Below, in pieces: positions 21,087 to 31,043 of a stretch of 64,000 nt of DNA; positions within the stretch are counted from its first letter, which is position 1; every line of letters begins with the position of its first letter. Source of the DNA: Spirochaetia bacterium (GTDB taxonomy: Bacteria > Spirochaetota > Spirochaetia > SZUA-6 > Bin103); contig CBDBOV010000002.1 in assembly GCA_965208575.1 (NCBI GenBank), positions 160,001 through 224,000 on the forward strand. Reading direction: 5' to 3'. Both the position numbers and the translations under genes were made by a program. The notes below the pieces were generated by a model. The model worked only from the letters and a program-made list of their open reading frames with translations, had not been told where the DNA came from and searched no databases.

Positions 21087-21950
21087 GCGCAGGCTGCCAC
21101 GACGGCGCGGTCACGCCCCAACCCGCTCGATTGCCGCGGGCGATCCGACGGTCCGCCCGCGTTCCTTGGCAGGGTCGTCGGTCGTCGCGGCGCCGCCTCG
21201 ATGCCCCGAGACCGTCCCGGCGCCGAAGCAGCGCCGGCACCACGGCGCGCTGCTTCCTCGGCAGGCACGCCCTCGTCCTGCATGACTCGCTTCGCCGGGT
21301 CGGAGCGGCGGACAGTGTCCCGCGCTGGCGCGGACGTCCGGCGGGCCGCGGTGTAGCCCAGTTCATGCACCACGTAGTCGAACAGACTGCCGTACCCGCG
21401 CGTCAGGTGGAGGCGGCGCGCCTCGATCTCGCGCAGGTGGTCGAGGACCAGGATCTGCAGCGCCTGCTCGTGGCGGGCGAGTTGCACGGTTTGCGCCAGG
21501 AGGAGGTAGTCGGGAAGCGCGGCAACGGTCGACCAGAGGACGGGAGAAGGCGACTCACTCATACTCATAAGTATACCATGGGATTGAAAATAGCGGATTT
21601 CTCCGAGTCCTGGACTGCGCTGAAACGGCGCCTGGAAGGCCGCGCAACGGGGCGCTGACGCGTGAACGGAGGCCAAGTCGTTCCGGGGCAGTCGGAGGGA
21701 CCGCCGCGGGCCGTAGCGAGCCATGGTGAGCCCGGCAAATCGCGTCAAGGGGTGCGCGCAACTTTTTCGCGATTCTTTCCATGCCCGCGATCTGCGGGGA
21801 CGGCACACTGCCTGGTCCGAAAAAGCCGGCTGGGAGGTGATGCTCGGGCATCGGTTCTCGGCGTCTTCCCTGTCACGGAGTGACCGTACAGGCTCGTGCA
21901 TCTCATTCTCGGTCCACGGCTGCCGCCCTTGGCGTCCCCACCCCCTGCCG
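21087..21950 (-). mobile_element. HNH element copy A: internally deleted, non-autonomous-like derivative
   Basis: Leader and first ~75 codons match 57890-58340; 21190-21340 matches ~59660-59830; 21087-21170 matches 60411-60492; the HNH domain is absent. Confidence 0.75.
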
Positions 21951-21968
21951 GGCTGCGTTCGCGCCTTC

Positions 21969-22234
21969 TTGCCACTCGCGCCGATGCGCGCTCTGCCTGG
22001 TCACGGTGGTCAGACATCGCTCCGGCAGCTTCAATCGGGCCTGTCAGGCCACTCCTGGCGATGCGGATTGCTCGACCCCGGTGGTCAGACGGTGCCGCCG
22101 CGGCTACAATCCGAGCCGTCATGCCATTGGTGCCGATGCGCATTCTGTTGGACCACGGTGGCCTGACTACCGCTACCCCAGATACAAGGATCCACCTATG
22201 CCACTAGTGCCAATGCGCATTTTGCTAGACCACG
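21969..22234 (+). repeat. tandem array of 75-77 bp units, each the first 12 codons of fba plus a promoter-like segment
   Basis: Units start at 21969, 22046, 22121 and 22198 (the fba start); shared GCCAYT..CGATGCG..CGGTGG and T(A/T)CAA. Confidence 0.8.
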
Positions 22235-23238
22235 CCGCCGAGAACGACTACGGGCTGGCGGCCTTCAACGTCAACAACATGGAACAGATCCAGGCCATCA
22301 TGGCCGCCGCCGACAACACCGAGTCGCCGGTCATCATCCAGGCCTCGCGCGGGGCGCGCAGCTACGCGCAGGAGGGATACCTGCGCCACCTGATGCTGGC
22401 CGCCGCCGAACTCCACCCGGGCATACCGATCGCCCTGCACCAGGACCACGGCAACAGCCCCGCCACCTGCCGCAGCGCGATCGAGCAGGGCTTCACGTCG
22501 GTGATGATGGACGGCTCGCTGGGCGAGGACGCCGCCACCCCCGCCGACTACGACTACAACGTGCGCGTGACGCGCGAGGTGGTCGCGCTGGCGCATGCCA
22601 AGGGGGTGACCGTGGAAGGCGAGATCGGCGTGCTCGGCTCGCTGGAGACCGGTATGGGCGACAAGGAAGACGGCCACGGTGCCGAGGGCGTGCTGAGCCA
22701 CGACCAACTGCTGACCGACCCCGACGAGGCGGAGCGTTTCGTGGCCGACACCGGGGTGGACGCCCTGGCGGTGGCGATCGGCACCAGCCACGGCGCCTAC
22801 AAGTTCTCGCACCAGCCGGACGGCGAGGTGCTGGCGATGGCGCGCATCGAGGAGATCCACCGCCGCCTGCCCGACACCCACTTGGTGATGCACGGCTCGT
22901 CGTCGGTGCCGCAGGAGCTGCAGGACCTGGTCAACGCCTACGGCGGCAGCATCCGCCAGACCTGGGGCGTGCCGGTGGAGGAGATCCAGCGCGGCATCCG
23001 CCACGGCGTGCGCAAGATCAACGTCGACACCGACAACCGGCTCGCGATGACCGGCGCCGTGCGCAAGGCGCTCGCCGAGTCACCGGACGGCTTCGACCCG
23101 CGCGACTACCTGAAGGCCGCGCGCGCCGCCATGCAGGACGTGTGCGAAGCGCGCATGACCGCCTTCGGCCAGGCCGGCCAGGCCGCCGGCGTCCCGTCTG
23201 TTACCCTGGAGCAGATGGCCGCCCGCTACAGCTCGTAG
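22198..23238 (+). CDS. fba: fructose-bisphosphate aldolase class II
   Basis: [55 protein letters not shown]. Confidence 0.96.
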   Translation: MPLVPMRILLDHAAENDYGLAAFNVNNMEQIQAIMAAADNTESPVIIQASRGARSYAQEGYLRHLMLAAAELHPGIPIALHQDHGNSPATCRSAIEQGFTSVMMDGSLGEDAATPADYDYNVRVTREVVALAHAKGVTVEGEIGVLGSLETGMGDKEDGHGAEGVLSHDQLLTDPDEAERFVADTGVDALAVAIGTSHGAYKFSHQPDGEVLAMARIEEIHRRLPDTHLVMHGSSSVPQELQDLVNAYGGSIRQTWGVPVEEIQRGIRHGVRKINVDTDNRLAMTGAVRKALAESPDGFDPRDYLKAARAAMQDVCEARMTAFGQAGQAAGVPSVTLEQMAARYSS

Positions 23239-23387
23239 CCCTGTGCGGTGAGAACGGAGCGAACGGTGTCACGAGCAATCCGGCGACTGTCCTATCGGAC
23301 GCTGCGCGACCGAGGCCCATCGTCCGACAAGTCAGCGGTTTCCTGCGCGACTCGAGTGACACGAATTGAGAGCCTGCGAACATGCGA

Positions 23388-24155
23388 TTAAGCCGACATC
23401 CGATCAAGGTCAGCCACTACACCCTCTCTAAAGTCATCTAGAACGGGATACTGCCGGTCGGCATTCCGGGTCAGGTACTGGCGCTCCCTCCTGCCTAGAG
23501 CCTCCATATCTTCATGGACGACCAAGCTGATAAACCGAAGGTTAGACTTCTGGAATTCCAGCAAGGTGATGGCAACGTTCTTGGCCTTGTCGTTGCCAAG
23601 CACGCCAAAGAGATAGAAATCACGTCGATTGTGGGTCAGTGTCCAATCCACGCTAAAAACGCCAGCGTTTGATATCGGAGTCTGGTCGGCAACAGGGGCG
23701 TATGGTGCAAGGTTCGATCTCACATAGTCGCTGAGGTCTTCGTAGAAGGAGCTGCGCACGACTTCCCTTGCCCAGTAACGCATGTTGCACACCTTTTGGA
23801 CGCATCCGGCGAACTGCATTATTCCTTCGTAGAGCGCTCCAACGGGTACGTCGAGACAGAGATTGCCATCGTCATTGGCGACATGGTTGTTGATCAGGAT
23901 GTCGTCGAATATGCGTCGCCTTGTGTCCGAATTCAGTTCGTAGGAATAAGAAAGTCGCATCAGCGCCATGCCGAAGTCGCAGATGCGGATGTACGCTTCG
24001 CCGCGTGGGCTGTCCTGCAGGTACATGTCCACCATGTCGCCGTCCTCATGGCAGATTGGAACGATGAGCTGATAGCCGCCTTCCCTCCGAGTGTAAATGT
24101 CGAAGCCGGCCGCCATGCGTCCGCCGAGTGCGTCTCTGATGCTACTTATGTTCAT
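23388..24155 (-). CDS. DUF1828-like protein
   Basis: PICHEDGDMVDMYL..IRICDFGMALMRL resembles DUF1828; lower GC than its flanks. Confidence 0.7.
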   Translation of the reverse strand: MNISSIRDALGGRMAAGFDIYTRREGGYQLIVPICHEDGDMVDMYLQDSPRGEAYIRICDFGMALMRLSYSYELNSDTRRRIFDDILINNHVANDDGNLCLDVPVGALYEGIMQFAGCVQKVCNMRYWAREVVRSSFYEDLSDYVRSNLAPYAPVADQTPISNAGVFSVDWTLTHNRRDFYLFGVLGNDKAKNVAITLLEFQKSNLRFISLVVHEDMEALGRRERQYLTRNADRQYPVLDDFREGVVADLDRMSA

Positions 24156-24639
24156 CAAAAAGCTCCAATTGCTTATCGTACGCAAAGTACTTGGCGTGGT
24201 TCAACACATGCGTGTCGGTGAAGAAGACCCTAAGTGCCTGGTCCAGCGTTGCGTACCGGGAGGTGACCGTTCGGTCGCGCTCCTGGGGTTGCGTGCTACC
24301 CGATGCGAGATCCTGTTCGGTGACGCGGTGAATGTGCGGCTTGGCAAAGTGGCCATCGGGCGCACGGCTGCTCTCCCCGTGGGGGCCATTGTATCGCAAA
24401 AGGGTGATCGCGCCTAGCGGCAAGTCGGCTCGATAGCGCAGTCCGATGGAGAAGTTCTCAGCGAACTTGAGGTTCTGCCGGACAAAGACCGTAAAATCAA
24501 GACCCTCGTGTCCGTCGCTCCGCAGTTCCAGGTCACAGCGCCGGTTCCCACTCTCTTCTCGATACCCACGGCTGGGCCGCTTGCCGACTATCGTCTTGGG
24601 AGTCTCGATCAGCTCCTGAATCCGTTGCCGCGTCAGCAT
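24142..24639 (-). CDS. hypothetical protein (DUF6978-like), partner of the DUF1828 gene
   Basis: MLT...IQELIETPK, LLRYNGPHG..HF.KPHIH; overlaps the downstream gene. Confidence 0.65.
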   Translation of the reverse strand: MLTRQRIQELIETPKTIVGKRPSRGYREESGNRRCDLELRSDGHEGLDFTVFVRQNLKFAENFSIGLRYRADLPLGAITLLRYNGPHGESSRAPDGHFAKPHIHRVTEQDLASGSTQPQERDRTVTSRYATLDQALRVFFTDTHVLNHAKYFAYDKQLELFDEHK

Positions 24640-24746
24640 CGCCTATCCTCGTAACAGATGCTACACGAATCGCTGCTACTGTCCCATGGTCTCGGCCAGC
24701 CCTACGGCCTGTGGTCTCCGGAACAGAGCCGAACCACTGGTCTGCG

Positions 24747-25901
24747 TTAGCCTTCAGCTTGGAATCGGGATGCAGTTACGTGGCGGCGGAGTTGGCCGCA
24801 GGCGGCTGCTACCTCCTGGCCTTTTTCCTTGCGGACGGTGACCGGGACGGCGCGGCGGCGCAGCGCCTGGAAGAAGGCGTGCACGCGGGCGGCGGAGGGG
24901 CGGCGCAGGTCGGCGAACTCGGGCACCGGGTTGTAGGGGATCGCGTTTACCTTGGTCGGGCCGGGTGCATGGCGGTGCAGGAGGGCGGCGAGGCGCTCGG
25001 CGTCGGCCACGGTATCGTTGACCCCTTTCAGCAGCACGTACTCGAAGGTCACGGTGCGCCCGGTGGCGCGCGCGTAGGCGGCCGCGGCGGCGACGATCTC
25101 GGCGACCGGCCAGCGGCCCGATGTGGGCACCAGGCGGCGGCGCAGAGCGTCATCGGCGGCGTGCAGGCTCACCGCCAAGCCGACCGGCAGCCCGTCGCGC
25201 GCCAGCCGTTCGATGCCGGATACCAGTCCCACCGTGCTGACCGTGATGCGCCGGGCGCTGAAGCCGAACCCGTCGCGGTCGCAGAGCACGGCGAGGGCGC
25301 GGTGCAGGGCGGGGTAGTTGGCCAGCGGCTCGCCCATGCCCATGAACACGAGGTTGGTAAGTGGCCCGAACTCGCGCTGCACGACCGCCACCTGGTCGAG
25401 CATCTCGCCGGCGGTGAGGTTGCGCGCCACGCCGCCGATGCCGGAGGCGCAGAAGATGCAGCCCATGGCGCAGCCCACCTGGCTGCTGACGCACACGGTG
25501 TGGCGGGCGCGGCGCACGCGCCGCGGGTCCGCCGGCAGCGGCTCCCGAATCGAGACCGCCTCCACCGTGTGGCCGTCGGCGACCTGCAGCAGGAGCTTGG
25601 TGGTCAGGCCGTCGCGGGAGCGCGTTCGGCTGCGCTCGGCCAGGCCGTAGGGGGCGAGGTCGCGCTCCAGGCGCTCGCGCAGCGCCGCCGGGAGCTGGGC
25701 CATGGCGGCGAAGGAGGCGGTGTGGCGGCGGAACAGGTGGTGGCGGATCTGCCGCGCCCGGTAGGCGGGCTCGCCGGCCTCGGCCAGGTAGGCTGTCCAT
25801 TCGGCGGTGTCCAGGTCGGTGGCGCCGCGCCGCGCGCCCGCCGGCGCTGCCGGGTGGCCCGGCGCGGGGGGCGCGGCGTCGGGCGGCGGCCCGGCGGTCA
25901 C
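24747..25901 (-). CDS. rlmN: 23S rRNA/tRNA m2A methyltransferase (radical SAM)
   Basis: CVSSQVGCAMGCIFC, VFMGMGEPL, SLHA, FEYVLL, AACGQL. Confidence 0.93.
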   Translation of the reverse strand: MTAGPPPDAAPPAPGHPAAPAGARRGATDLDTAEWTAYLAEAGEPAYRARQIRHHLFRRHTASFAAMAQLPAALRERLERDLAPYGLAERSRTRSRDGLTTKLLLQVADGHTVEAVSIREPLPADPRRVRRARHTVCVSSQVGCAMGCIFCASGIGGVARNLTAGEMLDQVAVVQREFGPLTNLVFMGMGEPLANYPALHRALAVLCDRDGFGFSARRITVSTVGLVSGIERLARDGLPVGLAVSLHAADDALRRRLVPTSGRWPVAEIVAAAAAYARATGRTVTFEYVLLKGVNDTVADAERLAALLHRHAPGPTKVNAIPYNPVPEFADLRRPSAARVHAFFQALRRRAVPVTVRKEKGQEVAAACGQLRRHVTASRFQAEG

Positions 25902-27334
25902 TTGCCGGGCCGGCGGGGGCGGTGGAGGTGGGTGCTCTGGCCGAAGAACAGGTCGGCGCTCTCCATCACCGTCTCGCTCAGGGTGGGGTGCGGGTGGATG
26001 GTGAGGCGCAGGTCGGTGGCCAGGGCGGCCATCTCCACCGCCAGCACGCCCTCGGCGATCAGCTCGCCGGCGCCGGTGCCCACCACGCCCATGCCCAGCA
26101 CCTGTTCGCTGCCGGGGTCGAGCACCAGCTTGGTGAGGCCGTCGGGGCGGCCCATGGTGGTGGCGCGCCCGGATGCGGCCCACGGGAACCGTTGCACGCT
26201 GACCTCGCGGCCCTGCTCGCGGGCAGCCGTTTCGGTGAGCCCGCACCAGGCGACCTCCGGGTCGGTGAACACCACCGCCGGGATCGCCCCCGGCTCGAAC
26301 GCCACCTTCATGCCGGCGGCCGCCTCGGCGGCGGTGCGTCCCTCGTGGGTGGCCTTGTGCGCCAGCCCCGGCTCGCCGGCCACGTCGCCGATCGCGAACA
26401 CCGACTCATCGGCGGTGCGGCGCTGCTCGTCTACCGGGATGAAACCGCGTGCGTCGGGAATGATGCCGAGGTGTTCCAGGCCCAGATCCTGAGTGTTGGG
26501 GGTGCGTCCGACGCTCATCAGCACCTTGGCGAAGGTTTCGGTCACCTTGCCGCCGGGGGTGTCGAGCGTGGCGGCGATGCCGGCGCCGGTTTCCTCCAGC
26601 GCCGCCACGTGCGTGTTCACGTGCACCTTGGCGAAGCGCGCCGCCACCTGCCGCGCCAGGATGCCCACCAGGTCGCGGTCGGCGCCCGGCAGCAGGCCGG
26701 GCAGCATCTCGACCACGGTGACCGCCGAGCCGAGCGCGGCGTACACCGAACCGAGCTCCAGGCCGATGTAGCCGCCGCCGATCACCAGCAGCGACGGCGG
26801 CACGTCGGGCAGCTCCAGGGCGGTGGTGGAGTCCATCATCCGCTCGCTGTCCAGCCACAGTGACGGAATACGGGCCGGGCGCGACCCGGTGGCGATGATC
26901 GCCCGGTCGAAGCTCACGCTGTGCCGGCCATCCTCGCCGCTCACCAGCAGCGTCCCCGCACCGCTGAAACGGCCGCGGCCCTGCACGTAGGTCACCTTGC
27001 GCTGCCTGCTGAGCGTGCCGAGGCCGGCGGTCATCTTGCCGACCACGCCCTCCTTCCAGGAGCGCAGCTTGTCGAGGTCGACCTGCGGCTTGGCGAACCG
27101 GACGCCCCACTGCGCGGCAGCTTCCGCCTCGTGCAGCAGCTTGGCCACGTGCAGGAGCGCCTTGGAGGGGATGCAGCCGCGGTACAGGCATACCCCGCCG
27201 GGGTGCGGGGCGTCATCGACCAGGGTCACGTCCAGCCCCAGGTCGGCGCCCATGAACGCGGCCGCGTAGCCGCCGGGGCCGCCGCCGAGCACCGCCAGGC
27301 GGGTGCGTTCTCCGCTCGCTGTCGAATCAGCCAT
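25898..27334 (-). CDS. lpdA: dihydrolipoamide dehydrogenase (E3)
   Basis: GGGPGGY, GGVCLYRGCIPSK, IHPHPTLSE. Confidence 0.95.
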   Translation of the reverse strand: MADSTASGERTRLAVLGGGPGGYAAAFMGADLGLDVTLVDDAPHPGGVCLYRGCIPSKALLHVAKLLHEAEAAAQWGVRFAKPQVDLDKLRSWKEGVVGKMTAGLGTLSRQRKVTYVQGRGRFSGAGTLLVSGEDGRHSVSFDRAIIATGSRPARIPSLWLDSERMMDSTTALELPDVPPSLLVIGGGYIGLELGSVYAALGSAVTVVEMLPGLLPGADRDLVGILARQVAARFAKVHVNTHVAALEETGAGIAATLDTPGGKVTETFAKVLMSVGRTPNTQDLGLEHLGIIPDARGFIPVDEQRRTADESVFAIGDVAGEPGLAHKATHEGRTAAEAAAGMKVAFEPGAIPAVVFTDPEVAWCGLTETAAREQGREVSVQRFPWAASGRATTMGRPDGLTKLVLDPGSEQVLGMGVVGTGAGELIAEGVLAVEMAALATDLRLTIHPHPTLSETVMESADLFFGQSTHLHRPRRPGK

Positions 27335-27338
27335 TCGC

Positions 27339-28805
27339 TCAGCCCTCCAGCGCCAGCAGCAGCGGCTGCTCCAGCGCTTCGATGATCCAGCGCAGGAAGC
27401 GGATGCCGTCGGCACCGTCGATCAGCCTGTGGTCGTAGGTCAGGGACAGCGGCAGGCGCAGGCGCGGCACGAATTCGCCGTCGCGCCACACCGGCTCGGT
27501 CTCGGCGCGCGACACGCCCAGGATCGCCACCTCCGGGGCGTTGATGATCGGCGAGAAGTGGGAGCCGCCGATGCCGCCCAGGTTGGAGATGGTGAAGCTG
27601 CCGCCGGCCATCTCCGCCGGGCTGAGCTTGCGGGCGCGGGCGCGCTGTGAAACCTCGCCCAGGGCGGCGGCGATCTCGACGATGTTCATGCGGTCGGCAT
27701 CGCGGATCACCGGCACCAGCAGGCCGCGGTCGGTGTCGACGGCGATGCCGACGTGGCAGTAGCGCTTGTAGATCACCGTGGAGCGCGCCATGTCGATGCT
27801 GGCGCTGAATTGCGGGAACACCTTCAGGGCGGTGGCTACCACCTTCACCAGGATGGCGGTAACGGTCAGCTTGCCGCCGGCCGCCTCGGCGCGCGGCGCG
27901 TAGCGCTTGCGCAACCGCTCCAGGTCGGTGATGTCCGCCTTGTCGAGCTGGGTGACCGCCGGGATGGTCTGCCACGCCGCGCTCAGGTGGGTGGCGGTGA
28001 CGCGGCGCACCGCGTTCATCGCCTGCTCTTCGACCGGCCCCCACTGGGAGAAGTCGGGCAGCGGCGGGGCCGCCGCCTGGGCTGCCGCCGCGGCCGGCGC
28101 CGGCGTCTGCAGCAGGCGCTTGGCGGTGGCCTTGACATCGTCGAGCAGGATGCGCCCGCCCGCCCCGGTGCCGGTGACGGCGGCGATGTCGACGCCGATC
28201 TCGCGCGCCAGCCGGCGCACCGCCGGGGTGGCCGGAATCGGCTGCACCGCCTCCGGCGCGGGTACGCCGGCGGTCGCCGCGGAGAGTGCCGGCGCGGCTG
28301 GCGGCGCGGGCGCGGTGGCCGGGCCCGGCGCCGGCGGCGGCACGGGTTTGGCCGGTTCGGTGGCGGCGGGAGCGGCACCCGCGGAGGGAGGGGCGGTTAC
28401 GCCGGAGGCCGCGGCGAGCAGTCCGCCCGCCGCCTGTGCGGACGCCGTCGCCGGTTGCGGCGGTGTAGCCGCAGGGACGGCGTGCGCGGCAGAAGGCGCG
28501 TCCGCGGCCGAAGCGGGCTGGGCCGCGGGCGCCACTGCGGGTTCCGGGACGGCGGCGGCGCCCGCGCCGTCCGGTTCAAGGCTGGCGATGGTGTCGCCGA
28601 CGCCTATGGTGTCGCCCGCCTTGACCATGATGGCGGTTACCACGCCGGCGTCGGGTGCGGGTACCTCCACCACCGCCTTGTCGGTCTCCAGTTCCAGCAG
28701 CGGCGCGTCCTTCTCGACGCGGTCGCCGGGGCTCACCAGGACGGCGGCGACGTCGCCGGACTCGATATTCTCTCCCAGTTCCGGGAGTGTTACGTCAGTT
28801 GCCAT
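27339..28805 (-). CDS. aceF: dihydrolipoamide acetyltransferase (PDH E2)
   Basis: Lipoyl ETDKA, E3-binding ATPAVRRLARE, catalytic YDHRLIDGA. Confidence 0.9.
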   Translation of the reverse strand: MATDVTLPELGENIESGDVAAVLVSPGDRVEKDAPLLELETDKAVVEVPAPDAGVVTAIMVKAGDTIGVGDTIASLEPDGAGAAAVPEPAVAPAAQPASAADAPSAAHAVPAATPPQPATASAQAAGGLLAAASGVTAPPSAGAAPAATEPAKPVPPPAPGPATAPAPPAAPALSAATAGVPAPEAVQPIPATPAVRRLAREIGVDIAAVTGTGAGGRILLDDVKATAKRLLQTPAPAAAAAQAAAPPLPDFSQWGPVEEQAMNAVRRVTATHLSAAWQTIPAVTQLDKADITDLERLRKRYAPRAEAAGGKLTVTAILVKVVATALKVFPQFSASIDMARSTVIYKRYCHVGIAVDTDRGLLVPVIRDADRMNIVEIAAALGEVSQRARARKLSPAEMAGGSFTISNLGGIGGSHFSPIINAPEVAILGVSRAETEPVWRDGEFVPRLRLPLSLTYDHRLIDGADGIRFLRWIIEALEQPLLLALEG

Positions 28806-29009
28806 CGATCCTCCGCCCGATACTCAGGGTAAGGCTCCGAGCGCGCACCGCCTGCCGGGCGGCGACGAAACGGGATGCAGAGAGCCGCAGGGGAAACGTG
28901 ATGCTCTCGGGCTGGCAAGGCTGGAAGATAACACCGAAACCGCCTCTTGTCAGGTACGACCAGGCCACGAGACCGACCCGACGAGAGCGCGCGTGGCGGT
29001 AGTTTTGCA

Positions 29010-29037
29010 TTGACAGGCGGCATTTCTCCGGTAAATT
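29010..29037 (+). promoter_or_regulatory. sigma70-like promoter
   Basis: TTGACA (29010-29015), 16 bp spacer, TAAATT (29032-29037), 8 nt before ATG 29046. Confidence 0.55.
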
Positions 29038-29045
29038 TGACAACT

Positions 29046-30193
29046 ATGTTAGCAAGAAGGCTGCTGCCGCCGCCCGCGTCCTTCTTCCTGTTCGGGCCGC
29101 GGGGCACGGGGAGTCGACGTGGATTGCGAGCCACTTCGCGGGGGCGCCCACCTATGACCTTCTGAATACGCGCGAGTCGCTGCGTCTGAGCCGCGACCCG
29201 GAAGCGCTCTACCGGGAGATGGAGGGCGTGCCAGCGGGTACGTGGGTGGTGATCGACGAAGTGCAGAAGGTGCCGGAGCTGCTCGACGAGGTCCATCGCC
29301 TGATCGAGCGGCGGCGCCTGCGCTTCGTGCTTTCGGGGTCGAGCGCGCGCAAGCTGAAGCGGGGCGGCGGCAACCTGCTCGCGGGCCGCGCCGTGGTGGC
29401 GCAGATGTTCCCGCTGGTCTCGGCGGAACTCGCGTTCGGGCCGCCGGTAGATGACCTGCTCGTCCACGGCAGCATGCCGCTCGCCGTGACCGGCGCCGAC
29501 CCGGCGGGGTATCTCCTTGCTTGCGCCGAGACCTACCTGGAGGAGGAGATACGCGCCGAAGCGCTCACCCGGAGCATCGGCGCCTTCAGCCGCTTCCTGG
29601 AAGTCGCCGCACGGCAGAACGGGCAGGTGACCAACCTGTCGGCGATCTCCCGCGACGCGGCGGTGGCCAGGTCCACGGTGGAGAATTATTTCGAGATCCT
29701 CGAAGACACCCTGGTCGGGCACCGGGTCCACCCGTGGAGACTCAAGCGGGCAACGAAGCAGGTGGCGCACCCCAAGTTCTATCTGTTCGATTGCGGGGTG
29801 GCCCGCGCCCTGTCAGGAAGGTTGCCCTACCCGCCGGCGCCCGAGGAGGAAGGGCCGCTGCTGGAGACGTTGCTGTTCGCGGAGATACGGGCCTACGTCG
29901 CCTATGCCAAGCTGCGCTACCCCCTCTACTACTGGCGCAACTACGATGGCGTCGAGGTGGACGTGCTGTGCGAGACGCGGCGCGGTTTCGTGGCGGTGGA
30001 GATCAAGTCGGCGGCCAGGTGGGAGCGCCGCCACCAGCGCGGCCTGGAGCGCATGCGCACCGAACTCGGCGCCCACCGCGTGTGCTGTTATGGCGTGTAC
30101 CGCGGCAACCGGCCAGCGAGGTGGAACGACATCGAGATCCTGCCGGCAATGGATTTCCTCCGCCGCCTGTGGGACGGCGACATCGTCGATTGA
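29046..30193 (+). pseudogene. AAA_14/DUF4143 ATPase, frameshifted in Walker A
   Basis: FFLFGPRGTG then a 1-nt loss at ~29111 (AAG read as AG) before STWI; the other frame continues IDEVQKVP..SGSSARKL..KFYLFDCG..EVD. Confidence 0.8.
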
Positions 30194-30274
30194 ACCGAAC
30201 GCAGCGGTAGCGAGACGCTGACGACCTGCGTAGAAATCGCCACGGCACGAGCCACGGGCAGCCCGGGCGGGCAG

Positions 30275-30433
30275 TCAGTCCTTGCCGGACGCTTTGCCCT
30301 CTGTTGGTTTGCGGTCGTCGGGCCGCTGGCCGGCGGGGTTGGCCGTCGGCCTGGGGGTCTGGGGTCTTGGACGCTGACCACCTTTCTGGAGAATACCCTC
30401 TTCAAGGGGATGGATCGGGTCCTTTTCTGCCAT
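30275..30433 (-). CDS. 52-aa Pro-rich micropeptide (not in the ORF track)
   Basis: MAEKDPIHPLEEGILQKGGQRPRPQTPRPTANPAGQRPDDRKPTEGKASGKD*; GGAGG RBS just upstream; overlaps the 3' end of the membrane-protein gene. Confidence 0.6.
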   Translation of the reverse strand: MAEKDPIHPLEEGILQKGGQRPRPQTPRPTANPAGQRPDDRKPTEGKASGKD

Positions 30434-30738
30434 CGGCTTCCTCCGGTTGGGTTTTCAAAATCTCTACGGATACCTCATGCGGGTCGCGCGAAACGTATAA
30501 TCGAGGCACCTCGTACAGACGGATGCCCGACGCGTTGTCGAATACTTCCACATCGTTCAGAAGTAGCTCCCGATTCGGTCCCGCGTCCGAGTATAGTTGA
30601 ATCCAGCCTTTGTATACCAGCCCATATCGGTGGTCTCGCAGGAAGATCCACCCTGAACCCTTGCTATGCATTGAGCTGGTCCCGGAAAAACGGACGGTAT
30701 GGTAGAGTGTATCCAAGGCCACGAGGAGGGCCAGCAAG

Positions 30739-31023
30739 ATGGCGACGAAGAGGCGTCGGTTCACAGCGGAGTTCAAGGCGAAGGTAGTGATTGAGGCGCT
30801 GCGGGGAGACCGTACGATCCAGGCGATCGCGGCCAAGCACGAAATACATCCGAACCAGATCAGCAGTTGGAAGCGGCAGGCTCAGACCGGTCTGCGGGAC
30901 CTGTTCGCCGACGGCCGGAGCCGGCGGCAGAAGGAGCACGATGAGACCATTCACGACCTGCATGCCAAGATCGGGGAGTTGACCGTGGAGCGCGATTTTT
31001 TAGCACGCGGGCTCGGGCGCTGA
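30739..31023 (+). CDS. IS3 transposase OrfA
   Basis: RRRFTAEFKAKV HTH, LHAKIGELTVERDFL; slippery T-run near 30996. Confidence 0.9.
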   Translation: MATKRRRFTAEFKAKVVIEALRGDRTIQAIAAKHEIHPNQISSWKRQAQTGLRDLFADGRSRRQKEHDETIHDLHAKIGELTVERDFLARGLGR

Positions 31024-31043
31024 GCCGGGCCGAGCGACGAGAG

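Noticed and set aside
21969-22234. CRISPR array interpretation of the 77-bp repeats
   Set aside because: Units are degenerate whole-unit duplications containing fba codons; no cas genes in the window.
23266-23362. Imperfect long inverted repeat after fba as an integron attC site
   Set aside because: No clear RYYYAAC/GTTRRRY boxes and weak pairing; could be a terminator-like hairpin.
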